From an uncultured bacterium (lineage in GTDB: Bacteria > Omnitrophota > Omnitrophia > Omnitrophales > Aquincolibacteriaceae), in NCBI GenBank assembly GCA_964434115.1, contig CAYSSX010000001.1, forward strand, positions 229,855-293,854: a DNA stretch of 64,000 nt. Reading direction: 5' to 3'. The notes beneath the pieces were generated by a model. It was not told where the DNA came from and did no database searches. It worked only from the letters and a program-made list of their open reading frames with translations. This document shows, one piece after another, positions 19,099-28,700 of the stretch. The stretch's first letter is position 1. Each line of letters opens with the position of its first letter. The translations under genes were made by a program, and so were the position numbers.

Positions 19099-22000
19099 CC
19101 CCCTGCCGGCTGTATGGATACTGATTTCAAGGTAAATGAGTAATTTCCGATACGGGAGTCATTGGGACGCGCGGGAAGAATCTGCAAAACCGAAGTTCCC
19201 GGGGATGCCGGCGCTTGAAACTGCACAGTGACCTGACCACCCGTGATAGTAAAGGATTTCAACCCAAGTCCGTCCGGTGAAGCCGTACCGTTGATGATCG
19301 TGCCGCCCGACGAGCCGACACAATTCCCGGTATCCGGGTCGCGCAAGCAGTTTGCCAAAGGCGTCACCACAATTTTGTTTCCGTCCGCGATCGGATTTCC
19401 GGAGGTATCACGGAAATTGGAAAGCACATACGAAGCTGTTGCATTAGGCGCTATCTGGCCCGGCCCTGAGACATCGACAGATTGATACCCGGCAATCGTC
19501 ACAGGAATGACCGTAAAAGCGCGGTTACCTACACGGCTGCCGTTAGGCTGGGCCGGGAGCACCTGAACATTGGCGACCGTAGCTTGACGAGCCTCCAAAG
19601 CAATCGGCTCTGAACTGTAAGTGATGGAAGAGCTCCCGCCTGTGATGGTGTGAACTTGAAGTCCAAGACCATCTGGAGAAGGCGTTCCGCTGGTAATAGT
19701 GCCGCCTGCTGAGCCAACGCAGTTGTTGGTCACAGGGTCACGCAAACAGTTTGCCAGCGCCGTGACCACAATCTTGGTTCCATTCGGAACTGAATTGCCT
19801 AGAGCGTCCTTAATGCTGCTTAAGGTAATCTGACTGAGATTGGGCGCGTTATTTCCTAAAACTGAGGGCGGCACCACATTCACGGATGCCTGCTGCAGAG
19901 AAGAAAGCGTGACCGGCACCAAAACAAAAGCGCGGTCGCCAAGACGCGAGAAATTGGGCTTTCCGGGAAGCACCTGAATATTTGCTACTTTGACATCCGG
20001 GAAAGCCAGCGCGACACTGGCTGGATCATAGGTTGCCGTCACCTGTCCGCCATTGACGACATGAGCCCGCAGTCCATAACCATCCGGAGATGCAGTGCCG
20101 CTCACAATATCCCCGCCCCTGGAACCCACGCAGGTGTTGTCATCCGGATGACGGAAACAAACTTCCGAGGCGGTCAGGAGAACAATGGCTCCGTCAGGCA
20201 CCACATTTCCCTGGGTGTCACGGATATTGGAAATAGTCACCGTCACGGATTTCGACAAACCGTCTGCAACGACCGCCGCAGGATTGGCGGAAGCCGCAGC
20301 ATTATGATAGCCCGTAGCCGTAAATTTCGCCAAGGCAATGGCCCGGTCCCCAATTCGCTGCCCATTCGGCTTGGCGGGCAGCACTTGAACGCTTACCAAA
20401 GCCGCTTGAAAACTTTGCATCCCAACGCCGATCGCGCTGTAAGTCACTTCAATCTGGCGGTTCTGCACGGTATGTGTTTTAAGGCCAAAACCATCGGGTG
20501 AGTCATCGCCGCTTATAATTTGGCCGCCCACGGAAGGTACGCAGGTGTTGTCATCCGGATCACGAAAACAAGGGGATTGAGCGGTCACAACAAGTTTTGT
20601 GCCGTCAGGAATAGGGTTGCCCAGCGAATCCGAAAAGTTGCTGAAGGTGACAACCACGCGGTTATCTCCCGTGTCTGCAAAAACAGACGATGGCGCGCTC
20701 ACCGTCGGTGAACGCGCGGAGGAAAGCGTGATGGGGGTAAGCTGGAAAGCCTGGTCCCCAATCCTCTGCCCGCCGGCTAAAGAAGGAAGAAACTGAATGT
20801 TCGCAATGGCGCTGTCGGGATAAGCCAAAAGAACACCGCCCGGGCTGTATTGTACGGTCGCCTGGCCGCCTGAAATAAAATGCCTGCGAAGCCCGTAACC
20901 ATCCGGTGAGGCATCGCCTGACAAAATAGATCCGCCTGCTGAAGGGACGCAGTTGTTAGTGTCGGGATCACGAAAGCAAGGCGCTTCCACAGTCACAAGA
21001 AATGGAGCGCCGTCGGGGACAAGCTGCCCGTCCGTGTCGCGGGCATTTGAGAAGGTAATATTGAGGACTTTTTCCAAGCCATCCGCAACGGTTGAAGACT
21101 GGCTGCGCGTGGTGCCCACGGTATCCATCGCCGTCAGGGTTACGGTGGTCAAGGCAATGGCCCGGTCGCTTGTGCGGTTGTCGTTGGTATTCGACGGCAG
21201 TACAAAAACAGAAGCTGTTTTAAGTTCGCGTGATCGGAGAGGCGGCGCGCTAGACGGTTCATAAAGGACATCAATGCGGCCTCCTTTAACTGTAAAAGCC
21301 ATCAGACCATAACCGTCCGGAGATGGGGTGCCATTGCTGATGGATCCGCCGTGTGAAGGAATACAGCCGTTGGTGACAGGGTCACGAAAGCAAGCCGAGG
21401 ATGCAGAGACCAGAACATGGGTCCCGTCCGGCAGAGGATTATTAGAGGCATCTTTCAAATTTAAAAAGGTTACAGCGACAGGACGGCTTTGGCCGTTCGC
21501 CAGTACGCTTCGCTGTCCCGCGAGACTCCCGGTTCCGGACGGCCCGTACGAGACATAAATCGCGGACGTGACGAATTTCCCCGCGGATTCCCCGAGTTCA
21601 AGGGTCACGGTGTGATTGCCCGGCGTAAATTGGGCACTGAGGTCAACGGCATTCGCCGAGGGTGAAACCGTAAAAAAGGAACCGCCGTCGATTTTGGCAC
21701 GAAGAACTCCTTCGAAACTGAGAGGGGCCAGAAGATCCGGCGCGCTCGAGAGATAAACTTTGTCCCCTGCCCGGAAATCAATCACAGGTCCCGGTAAATT
21801 GAGTTTTTGTCCCGGTGAGGCGGCCATGTCAAGCGCCAGCGTAATCAAAGACGCGACAGCCCTTCTGCCGTAAATACCAAGCGTGACACCGTTGCTTTCC
21901 TTACCGCTTACTTCCACCGTGACCAGGCCGGTCGTAGCCCCGTTAGGAACCACCACGGTCAGTTCATCGGTCCTTGCAGACTGGACTTCCGCTTGAAGCC

Positions 22001-25000
22001 CGTTGACTTTCACAAGGTTTTCACCGGGGATCGCAGCAAAATAGGTTCCTCGGATGACAAAGATATCGCCTTCTCCCGCGCGCAGGCGGTCGAGGGCCGT
22101 AATCACAGGCGGCGGGTTGCCAGGCGGCGGGATATCCACGGTCACGGTCACATTTTCTGTGAAGCCCGCGTAAGTCACTTGAATGGTAACATCGCCATTG
22201 GCCACCGCGGTCACAAGACCTGACGCGCTCACAGTTGCAATCCCCGTGTCGCCCGAACTATAGAGCACGGTGCCGCTCGGGGCCTCGGAGTTCCCATCAT
22301 TCAGGTGAACCGTTACCACAAGCTGGCGTGTTTCGTCTTCCTCGGTAAACAGGATTACGTTTGGCGCAAGGCTGATTCCCGTGGGGGCAATCGGCTCAAC
22401 AGTCACAGAGCTTTGCGCCGGCGCAAAACCGCTGATAGTCGCGGAAATCACGGCGTTGCCGTAAGCCGCGGAAGTCACAACCCCCGAGGGCGAGACAAAC
22501 GCCACCGAGGGATTCGTTGAGGACAACACCACGTTAGACAGATCCAGCGGCGCGGTGGTTCCATTAGAATAGGAACCATTCACAACCAAGGTGCGGGTTT
22601 TCGCAAGACCAATGAGCTTAAAGGAATCCGGCGTGATACTGATTCCAGTCAAGGTCACAATGTTGACCGTGATATTCACTTGCGTAGTTTTTCCGCCAAA
22701 AGAAACGGTAATGACGGCGGTTCCGTTGCCAATGTTAACGACCCGGCCATCGGCATTGACCGTGGCTACCGAAGTGTTATTTGAACTGAAAACAGCTTGA
22801 GAAGTCACATCCTTGGAAGTGCCGCCTTCATAAAAAGCCGTCACGAGAATATCCTGAATTTGATTGACGGCCGTAAAGGTCCGGGACCCCGGGCTGGCGG
22901 TAATGTGATCAAGCACGGGCGGAGGCGGCACCACCACGTCGGTCGGCGCACTCGATTGCTGCGACAGGCTCAGCTTGAGAGCGGTGAGGCGAAGGTGCTC
23001 CCCTGCTGCGGCATCCACAACAGCCGTAAATGCCCCTCCAGCATCTGCAAAAACGCTTTGTGTAAACAAACGCTCCTGATTATAGATGTCCACTCGCGCG
23101 GCAGACACGGAGGTTCCAACCACAGTGACTAGGCCGTTTTCTGGAAATGAAATAGAAGTGACGCTGGGCGCCGCAGGCGGCGGGCCCGCCCCCGGGATCG
23201 GAAGCACTTCAAAATCCAGATACGACGTTGATTTATTCAGATCGTTCGAGACCCCAACTTTATTTGTGGCCTTGATGTAAATCCGGTGTGCTCCAAGCGC
23301 AAGATCCTTTGTATCAAGGTTGAAAGGGACTGCGTTTTTTGCGATGGGCGTGCCCGCAGGAGAATCCAGGAAAAATTCGACACTGGCAATGCCAAGCGGA
23401 TCTGTGGCGCTGCCTTGAACACTGAATACGGCGCCCTTTATAAATTGTGCTCCACTGACCGCATTTCCGAATCCCGTGACTGGCTCGCTGGGATTATTTG
23501 CAAGAATAAATCCAAAAGTGTCCTGTCCTGTTTGGCCAAGTCCGTCTGTTGCGACCGCCCGTATCGTGTGCGCACCCAGCGGCAGTTCAAGTGTCGGAAG
23601 CGTTGCTGAAAAAGGCGACAACGTAACTGTCTTAAATGACTTGGCCTCTGAATCAAGAAAGTAATCAACCTGTTTAACGCCTTGTGAAAGGGTATCCGGC
23701 ATAAGGGTTACTGAAATGCCCTGCAAAACAGGATTCGCAGGATCTGAGGGCAGCACAATGGAGGGCGGCGCAGCTGAGGGCGCGACAATAATAGGCAAGG
23801 TTGCGTCCTGACTATTCCCTGCATTGTCAAAAGCCGTGGCCTTAAACTGGTAGGTATGCCCTGGAACAAGCTGGGACGAATCAACGGAAAAAAGAGTGGG
23901 GCCGCTGGTGGTTGGAAAGATCACCTTTTGATCAATAAGAGCAAACAGCGAATTCGGAACATCCGTGTCCTTCATTCTTAGCTCAACGCGCGCGACACCC
24001 GTTCCCTGATCTGAAGGATAGGCATTAAAGCGAATCAACTGGCCGGGAATCACATAATTAAGATTCACAGGCGGTTCAACGGAAAGCGTCAAAGCCGGCG
24101 GAGTGGTATCGTTTGTCGGATCTGTAGTGGTGAAATCACTTTCCCATTCCCCAGGCAAGGCAACGCCCTGTAAATCCGCAATATTCTGGGAAACAACAAT
24201 TCTGAATGTTGTGTTTCCTTTCAAACGATTGGTAATCCCGTCGTTCACCTGCCAAATAGCGACTGTGGCATCGTTAATAACGAGGAACGTTAATTTTCCG
24301 GGAACAATGTCGCCCGCATCATCAAAAACGTTAAACGTTCCGTCTGCGCCTGTTGTAATGGTCGAAATGTTCATCTTTTCGCTGAAAAACAGCGTGACAG
24401 GCGAATCAATGCTTACGCCAAAGGCATTCGCGGTTGGCAACACAGATACCGTCGGAACACCATCCGGCACGGCGACCTTGGGAGGTCTCTTGCCATTGAT
24501 GCAGCCGAGCGCGCCGACAAGAACCTGGAGATCGATGTTTTGATCCGCAATCGACATGCATGAAGTAATGGGGCCGCTTTCAAAGGGATTTATATTAAAG
24601 GTTTGCCGCGTATTTTGCCCCGGAAGTAAATGACCGATGTTCCGGACAGCGCTGCCCTTGATGGGCGAGCAGACAGGATTCCCGCCAGAATCAATGGAGC
24701 AATCGACAAGCTCACCGCCGCCGCCGACATCCAGTTCGAAACTTGTATAAAGAGCGGGTGTTTCACCTATGTTCGTGATGTCCACAACAAGTTCATAGGG
24801 GACATCTTTCACAACAGCAGGCGGATGGATCACCTGCACCCGGAACTCAGGCGGCCCCTTGACTTCAACAGTGGTTTCGGCCGAACCGTTGAATGGAATA
24901 GGTTCATCCTCCGGAATTCCTGGGCCGATCAAGGTCCCTCCGAAATTAACCTTTACCCCGCGAACACCAATCTCATCCCCGCGGATAATAAACTCGCGCT

Positions 25001-25799
25001 CTTTCTGTCCCGGAACTTCGCCGTCACCTGGCAGAATGTCTCCGTACTGGACAATTCCGTCCTGCGGCAGGGTTTTCGAAAGCCCGCCATCAGGAAATTC
25101 GATGTTAGAGCTGACATCGTGAAGTGTGAAAATTCCCGAGGTATTCATTAAAAGAAGTCGGACGCTGTAAAACTCCTTAAGAGACTTGATTCGTCCTTCA
25201 ATAATCAAAACACCCGGTATGGGAGGCGGGGGCGGTTCACCGGGAGGCCCCGGAGGAAAAGTTTCAAAAACAATAATTTCTGTATCGGGAATTTTTGACG
25301 AACTTCCGCCATTGCCCGGATCACTCTGGGGAGGAACCTCTTCTGAACCGGTCTCTTCCTGCAGTCCTGTCACAACAGGGATACTGATCGGAATTTCCTC
25401 GTGGCCAATCGTCAGGACGATTTCGAACTTGGAGACGTTGAAATTCGCAGGATCATCCAGTTGGATAACACCGTCATTAACGAGCTTTTCGATCTCCTGA
25501 ACAGAAAGCGGTTCCGACTTGATTTTTGAAACAACGACGGAGTTCAGGCTGATCTGGGTAATCTTGACTTCACGGCTCTGCTTTTGAGAGCCTTCACCCG
25601 TCGATACGGTAAAGCGATTTACCGAATTGCGTCTAAGCGGTATGTTTGTAAAGGTGTACTTGCCGTTCGGATCCGTAGCCACGGCCTGTTTGGTGTCACC
25701 AATCAGATTGACTTCAACGGCCCAAGCGGTGGAAACACCGCTTCCAGCAAGAAATGCGACTAGCAGAAAAAAGCTGAGGAGTTTGTTTTTTAGCGTCAT
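19095..25799 (-). CDS. giant (2234 aa) secreted multi-domain surface/adhesin-like protein
   Basis: A Sec signal peptide is followed by a CarboxypepD_reg-like N-terminal domain and a Pro-rich linker (PPGPPGEPPPPPIPG). Three Big_2 domains (e.g. AVFSSNNTSVATVNADGRVVNIGNGTAVITV) and one IPT/TIG-like domain follow. Six C-terminal tandem 138-aa repeats end the protein. Its ATG overlaps the upstream giant gene's stop as ATGA. Confidence 0.8.
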   Translation of the reverse strand: MTLKNKLLSFFLLVAFLAGSGVSTAWAVEVNLIGDTKQAVATDPNGKYTFTNIPLRRNSVNRFTVSTGEGSQKQSREVKITQISLNSVVVSKIKSEPLSVQEIEKLVNDGVIQLDDPANFNVSKFEIVLTIGHEEIPISIPVVTGLQEETGSEEVPPQSDPGNGGSSSKIPDTEIIVFETFPPGPPGEPPPPPIPGVLIIEGRIKSLKEFYSVRLLLMNTSGIFTLHDVSSNIEFPDGGLSKTLPQDGIVQYGDILPGDGEVPGQKEREFIIRGDEIGVRGVKVNFGGTLIGPGIPEDEPIPFNGSAETTVEVKGPPEFRVQVIHPPAVVKDVPYELVVDITNIGETPALYTSFELDVGGGGELVDCSIDSGGNPVCSPIKGSAVRNIGHLLPGQNTRQTFNINPFESGPITSCMSIADQNIDLQVLVGALGCINGKRPPKVAVPDGVPTVSVLPTANAFGVSIDSPVTLFFSEKMNISTITTGADGTFNVFDDAGDIVPGKLTFLVINDATVAIWQVNDGITNRLKGNTTFRIVVSQNIADLQGVALPGEWESDFTTTDPTNDTTPPALTLSVEPPVNLNYVIPGQLIRFNAYPSDQGTGVARVELRMKDTDVPNSLFALIDQKVIFPTTSGPTLFSVDSSQLVPGHTYQFKATAFDNAGNSQDATLPIIVAPSAAPPSIVLPSDPANPVLQGISVTLMPDTLSQGVKQVDYFLDSEAKSFKTVTLSPFSATLPTLELPLGAHTIRAVATDGLGQTGQDTFGFILANNPSEPVTGFGNAVSGAQFIKGAVFSVQGSATDPLGIASVEFFLDSPAGTPIAKNAVPFNLDTKDLALGAHRIYIKATNKVGVSNDLNKSTSYLDFEVLPIPGAGPPPAAPSVTSISFPENGLVTVVGTSVSAARVDIYNQERLFTQSVFADAGGAFTAVVDAAAGEHLRLTALKLSLSQQSSAPTDVVVPPPPVLDHITASPGSRTFTAVNQIQDILVTAFYEGGTSKDVTSQAVFSSNNTSVATVNADGRVVNIGNGTAVITVSFGGKTTQVNITVNIVTLTGISITPDSFKLIGLAKTRTLVVNGSYSNGTTAPLDLSNVVLSSTNPSVAFVSPSGVVTSAAYGNAVISATISGFAPAQSSVTVEPIAPTGISLAPNVILFTEEDETRQLVVTVHLNDGNSEAPSGTVLYSSGDTGIATVSASGLVTAVANGDVTIQVTYAGFTENVTVTVDIPPPGNPPPVITALDRLRAGEGDIFVIRGTYFAAIPGENLVKVNGLQAEVQSARTDELTVVVPNGATTGLVTVEVSGKESNGVTLGIYGRRAVASLITLALDMAASPGQKLNLPGPVIDFRAGDKVYLSSAPDLLAPLSFEGVLRAKIDGGSFFTVSPSANAVDLSAQFTPGNHTVTLELGESAGKFVTSAIYVSYGPSGTGSLAGQRSVLANGQSRPVAVTFLNLKDASNNPLPDGTHVLVSASSACFRDPVTNGCIPSHGGSISNGTPSPDGYGLMAFTVKGGRIDVLYEPSSAPPLRSRELKTASVFVLPSNTNDNRTSDRAIALTTVTLTAMDTVGTTRSQSSTVADGLEKVLNITFSNARDTDGQLVPDGAPFLVTVEAPCFRDPDTNNCVPSAGGSILSGDASPDGYGLRRHFISGGQATVQYSPGGVLLAYPDSAIANIQFLPSLAGGQRIGDQAFQLTPITLSSARSPTVSAPSSVFADTGDNRVVVTFSNFSDSLGNPIPDGTKLVVTAQSPCFRDPDDNTCVPSVGGQIISGDDSPDGFGLKTHTVQNRQIEVTYSAIGVGMQSFQAALVSVQVLPAKPNGQRIGDRAIALAKFTATGYHNAAASANPAAVVADGLSKSVTVTISNIRDTQGNVVPDGAIVLLTASEVCFRHPDDNTCVGSRGGDIVSGTASPDGYGLRAHVVNGGQVTATYDPASVALAFPDVKVANIQVLPGKPNFSRLGDRAFVLVPVTLSSLQQASVNVVPPSVLGNNAPNLSQITLSSIKDALGNSVPNGTKIVVTALANCLRDPVTNNCVGSAGGTITSGTPSPDGLGLQVHTITGGSSSITYSSEPIALEARQATVANVQVLPAQPNGSRVGNRAFTVIPVTIAGYQSVDVSGPGQIAPNATASYVLSNFRDTSGNPIADGNKIVVTPLANCLRDPDTGNCVGSSGGTIINGTASPDGLGLKSFTITGGQVTVQFQAPASPGTSVLQILPARPNDSRIGNYSFTLKSVSIQPAGG
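19098..21650 (-). repeat. six in-frame tandem ~414-bp (138-aa) repeats inside the 2234-aa gene
   Basis: Each unit contains the conserved Pro-Asp-Gly-(Thr/Ala) ... Cys-Phe/Leu-Arg-Asp/His-Pro-x-(Thr/Asp)-(Asn/Gly)-x-Cys ... Gly-Gly-x-Ile-x-(Ser/Asn)-Gly ... Ser-Pro-Asp-Gly-(Tyr/Leu/Phe)-Gly-Leu motif. The periodicity is also visible at the DNA level, with roughly 65-75% identity between units. Confidence 0.7.
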
Positions 25800-28700
25800 G
25801 CCAAAGGCTCTGTCAGTATCGTGGCGCCGTTTTCAGACAGCGCGACTGATTGTTCTTTCCAGGATTCGTGTCCGCCCGCATCAACAGAACGGATCCGAAG
25901 AACAACGCTCTTCTTAAAAAGCTGGTCACGCGCAGGGGTGACCGAAAAGTGGTGATGGACGCCATCAATCTTCCCGGCCACTTCCGTATTAAAAAGGTCC
26001 AGACGGACTTCACGGATTGAGCTGGATGCCACCCCGACAATCGGAAGTGTAATAGGTAAGATCCCAGCAAACGTGGACACGTGCAGCACACTTCCCGGAT
26101 GAGCTGAAACAGCTTCAAGCTCAATATCTCCCGGTCCGTCAATTCCGGTCGCGACTTCAAATCCGCTCGTTTTTAATTCATCGTCTGAACTGATAATGAC
26201 TGTCCCTGAAATAAGCTCCCGCAGTTTTTGCCAGGTCAAGGCATAGACGCTTCCTTTTAAATAATCCGCGAAATAAAAATTACCCACCTTGTCAAAGGCA
26301 AGCCCGGACCAACGGTGCCCCGGGATCTCGATAATCTTTTTCAAACCGAACGTGTCGCCCGGATTATGAATAATGGCATAAATCACTTCTTCATCAGAAA
26401 ACATAATAACGCTGTTTTCGGTCTGTTTAACATCCGGAAAGGCGGGATCCGGGCCGAGTTCCATATCCGAAGGGCCGGTAAGTTTCAAATTGCTGTCATC
26501 AATCAGCACTTGTCCGACAAGTCTGTGTCTGTTGCCCTGAGAGCCCGGCACGCCGGCAAGTTCGCCATAAACATTGGGGATCGTATCAATCTGGCTTACA
26601 GGAATCCGCATAATCTGCTTCTTGCTGTCCTTCAAATCCAGGTTCGCGACAAACAAATCCTGCGTGTCACCCTGCTGCCCCTGCGCATTCGTAAACTTTT
26701 TCGACGGACCCACGGTCATTGTGATGGGCAGTGCGGGCCGCGCAAGTTGAATCATTTGACTGAAGTAGTTGATCGCGCCGACAAACTCGCGCTCCATCGC
26801 AAACGGACGGATGGCCTTATCCGGAAGAGGGTCCTGAGAGATCAGCTTGTACCGGAAAATCCTGCCGCCATAAAGCTCCGTACTGTTCATGTTAATCGCA
26901 TACACGCGGCCCTGGTTATCGATGGAAATATACCCCGGAGGGAATCCTGTGGAGGATGCGGTCGTAAATTCGTGGTCACCCGGGTATTCTTTTTGTAAAA
27001 AGCCGTCGACGGCTTTAAGCTCGCCGCGCACATTCACTTTTGGCCCATTTTTCCCAACAAGAACTGCACTGACTTCATATAAACTCGGATGCGGTTCAAA
27101 AGTGGGCGGGAATGTTTCCGTTGGCACCGGAATATTCGGACGGATTACAGACCAGCAGGAATCAGAAAAATCGCTCTCAATAATCCGGATACTGTCCAAG
27201 AACGCCAGTAAAAACCAGGATCCGCTGATATAACCGCCGGCAACGTTAGAAATCTGTCCAATTCCTTTTTCAAAAAACGGCGACAATCCGGCCGGGCGCT
27301 GAACCTTGGTTCCGAATGAGACACGTGCTTCCTCGCGAATAAATTCGTTAAGACCACGGACCTTACTGTCTGTAATCTCTGAAATTTCTGCATATTGGTT
27401 TTGCAGGGCCTGGGCATCAACAGCCGTTGAATTGCGGTTATTAAAAAACTGCTTGGTCTTCGCAGTCACTTCGTCAGGCGTCAGACCTGTTTTCTGAGAA
27501 ATGGCATCTTTCACAAGCTTGTCTGTTTCAAGAACAGCGTTCCCGGTATTATCAGGCCCAGCTTCACGAGGCGCACTAATGAGCTCAAAATCCCCCAAAC
27601 TTCCAGGGCCGAGGAAACTCGACATGGATTCAAAGAGAAAACGTGACTTAACAGTCGGCTCGGCTTCGCGGCCAGCCGCAACGGCCTTATCAGGGAAAGT
27701 AAAATCATCATCGACCTGTTGGAGATTGGACGCATTAATCGTAACCTCTTCATACTTCAAAGGGTTCAAAAGATAGACATCCCCTTCAACATCCGTGATA
27801 GGAGCACCCGTTTTATAGGGGTCATCAAACGCCACCGGAATTCTCACTTTAACTTCCGTTTCCAGGCCGTCCTGAATTTTGTGAATCGCATCACCTACGC
27901 TATGGTTGGCTTGAATAAACTCCTTAAGCTGAGCCCTTCGCGTGCCGTGCTCCCAATGCTTGGTTAAAATATCCTGAACTCTTGCGACCTGATCCGGTTT
28001 TGGAGCGACGCCCAAATGTTCCTGGTAAAGTTTTTTGGCAATCTCTTCAGCCACAGTTTTCAGCTTCTCACGCCCTTCGGGACGCGGCAGTTTTGACAAC
28101 TCATTCCCTTTAATCCTCGCCTCTTCAAAAACGTCATCCCCTAAGGCAATTGAAGCTTTGTTATCCTCTAAAAAAGCCGCATCAGGTATCTGCATTTCAT
28201 TGAGCATTTTTTTTATCACATTGGCCTGAATCTGCTCTTTGCCGCGACTTGCCGGAAAAGCCGTATTGAACTCCTGATTCTTCTGGTTAGACAATGACTT
28301 ATACGCATCAGGAGACAAATCGATCCTGCCCAGGTAAGCCTGATAAGGTGTCTGAGGGGCATTATTATTGACCTGAAAAGTGCTCGGCGCCGTAACCTTC
28401 TTGTATTCCGTACTATCCAGAAAGCCGTCTTTGTTCTGATCCAAACCCGAAAAGCCGATACGGTCACCTAACCCGCCCCGTTGAAATTCTTCAAGCGAAA
28501 CCTTGTGGTCGTTATTGGTGTCGTAAAGACTGATACCCTCCACCAAATCACGTTCCGCATTTTTAATGAACTGAATTGTGCGGACACGGAAACAGTTTTC
28601 GCCGTCCTTTTGAAGCGTGATCGGAACCACAAAACGCAGCGGGCCGACATGGGGATCCTTTTGATTGTTGGGATGCCCCGGTTCCTCAATGGCTTCAAGA

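Noticed and set aside
19098-21650. Possible CRISPR array or mobile element suggested by periodic DNA repeats
   Set aside because: The periodicity is 414 bp, in frame, and encodes a conserved protein repeat inside a continuous 6.7-kb ORF. There are no short direct repeats with unique spacers. I saw no cas genes, transposases or integrases anywhere in the window.
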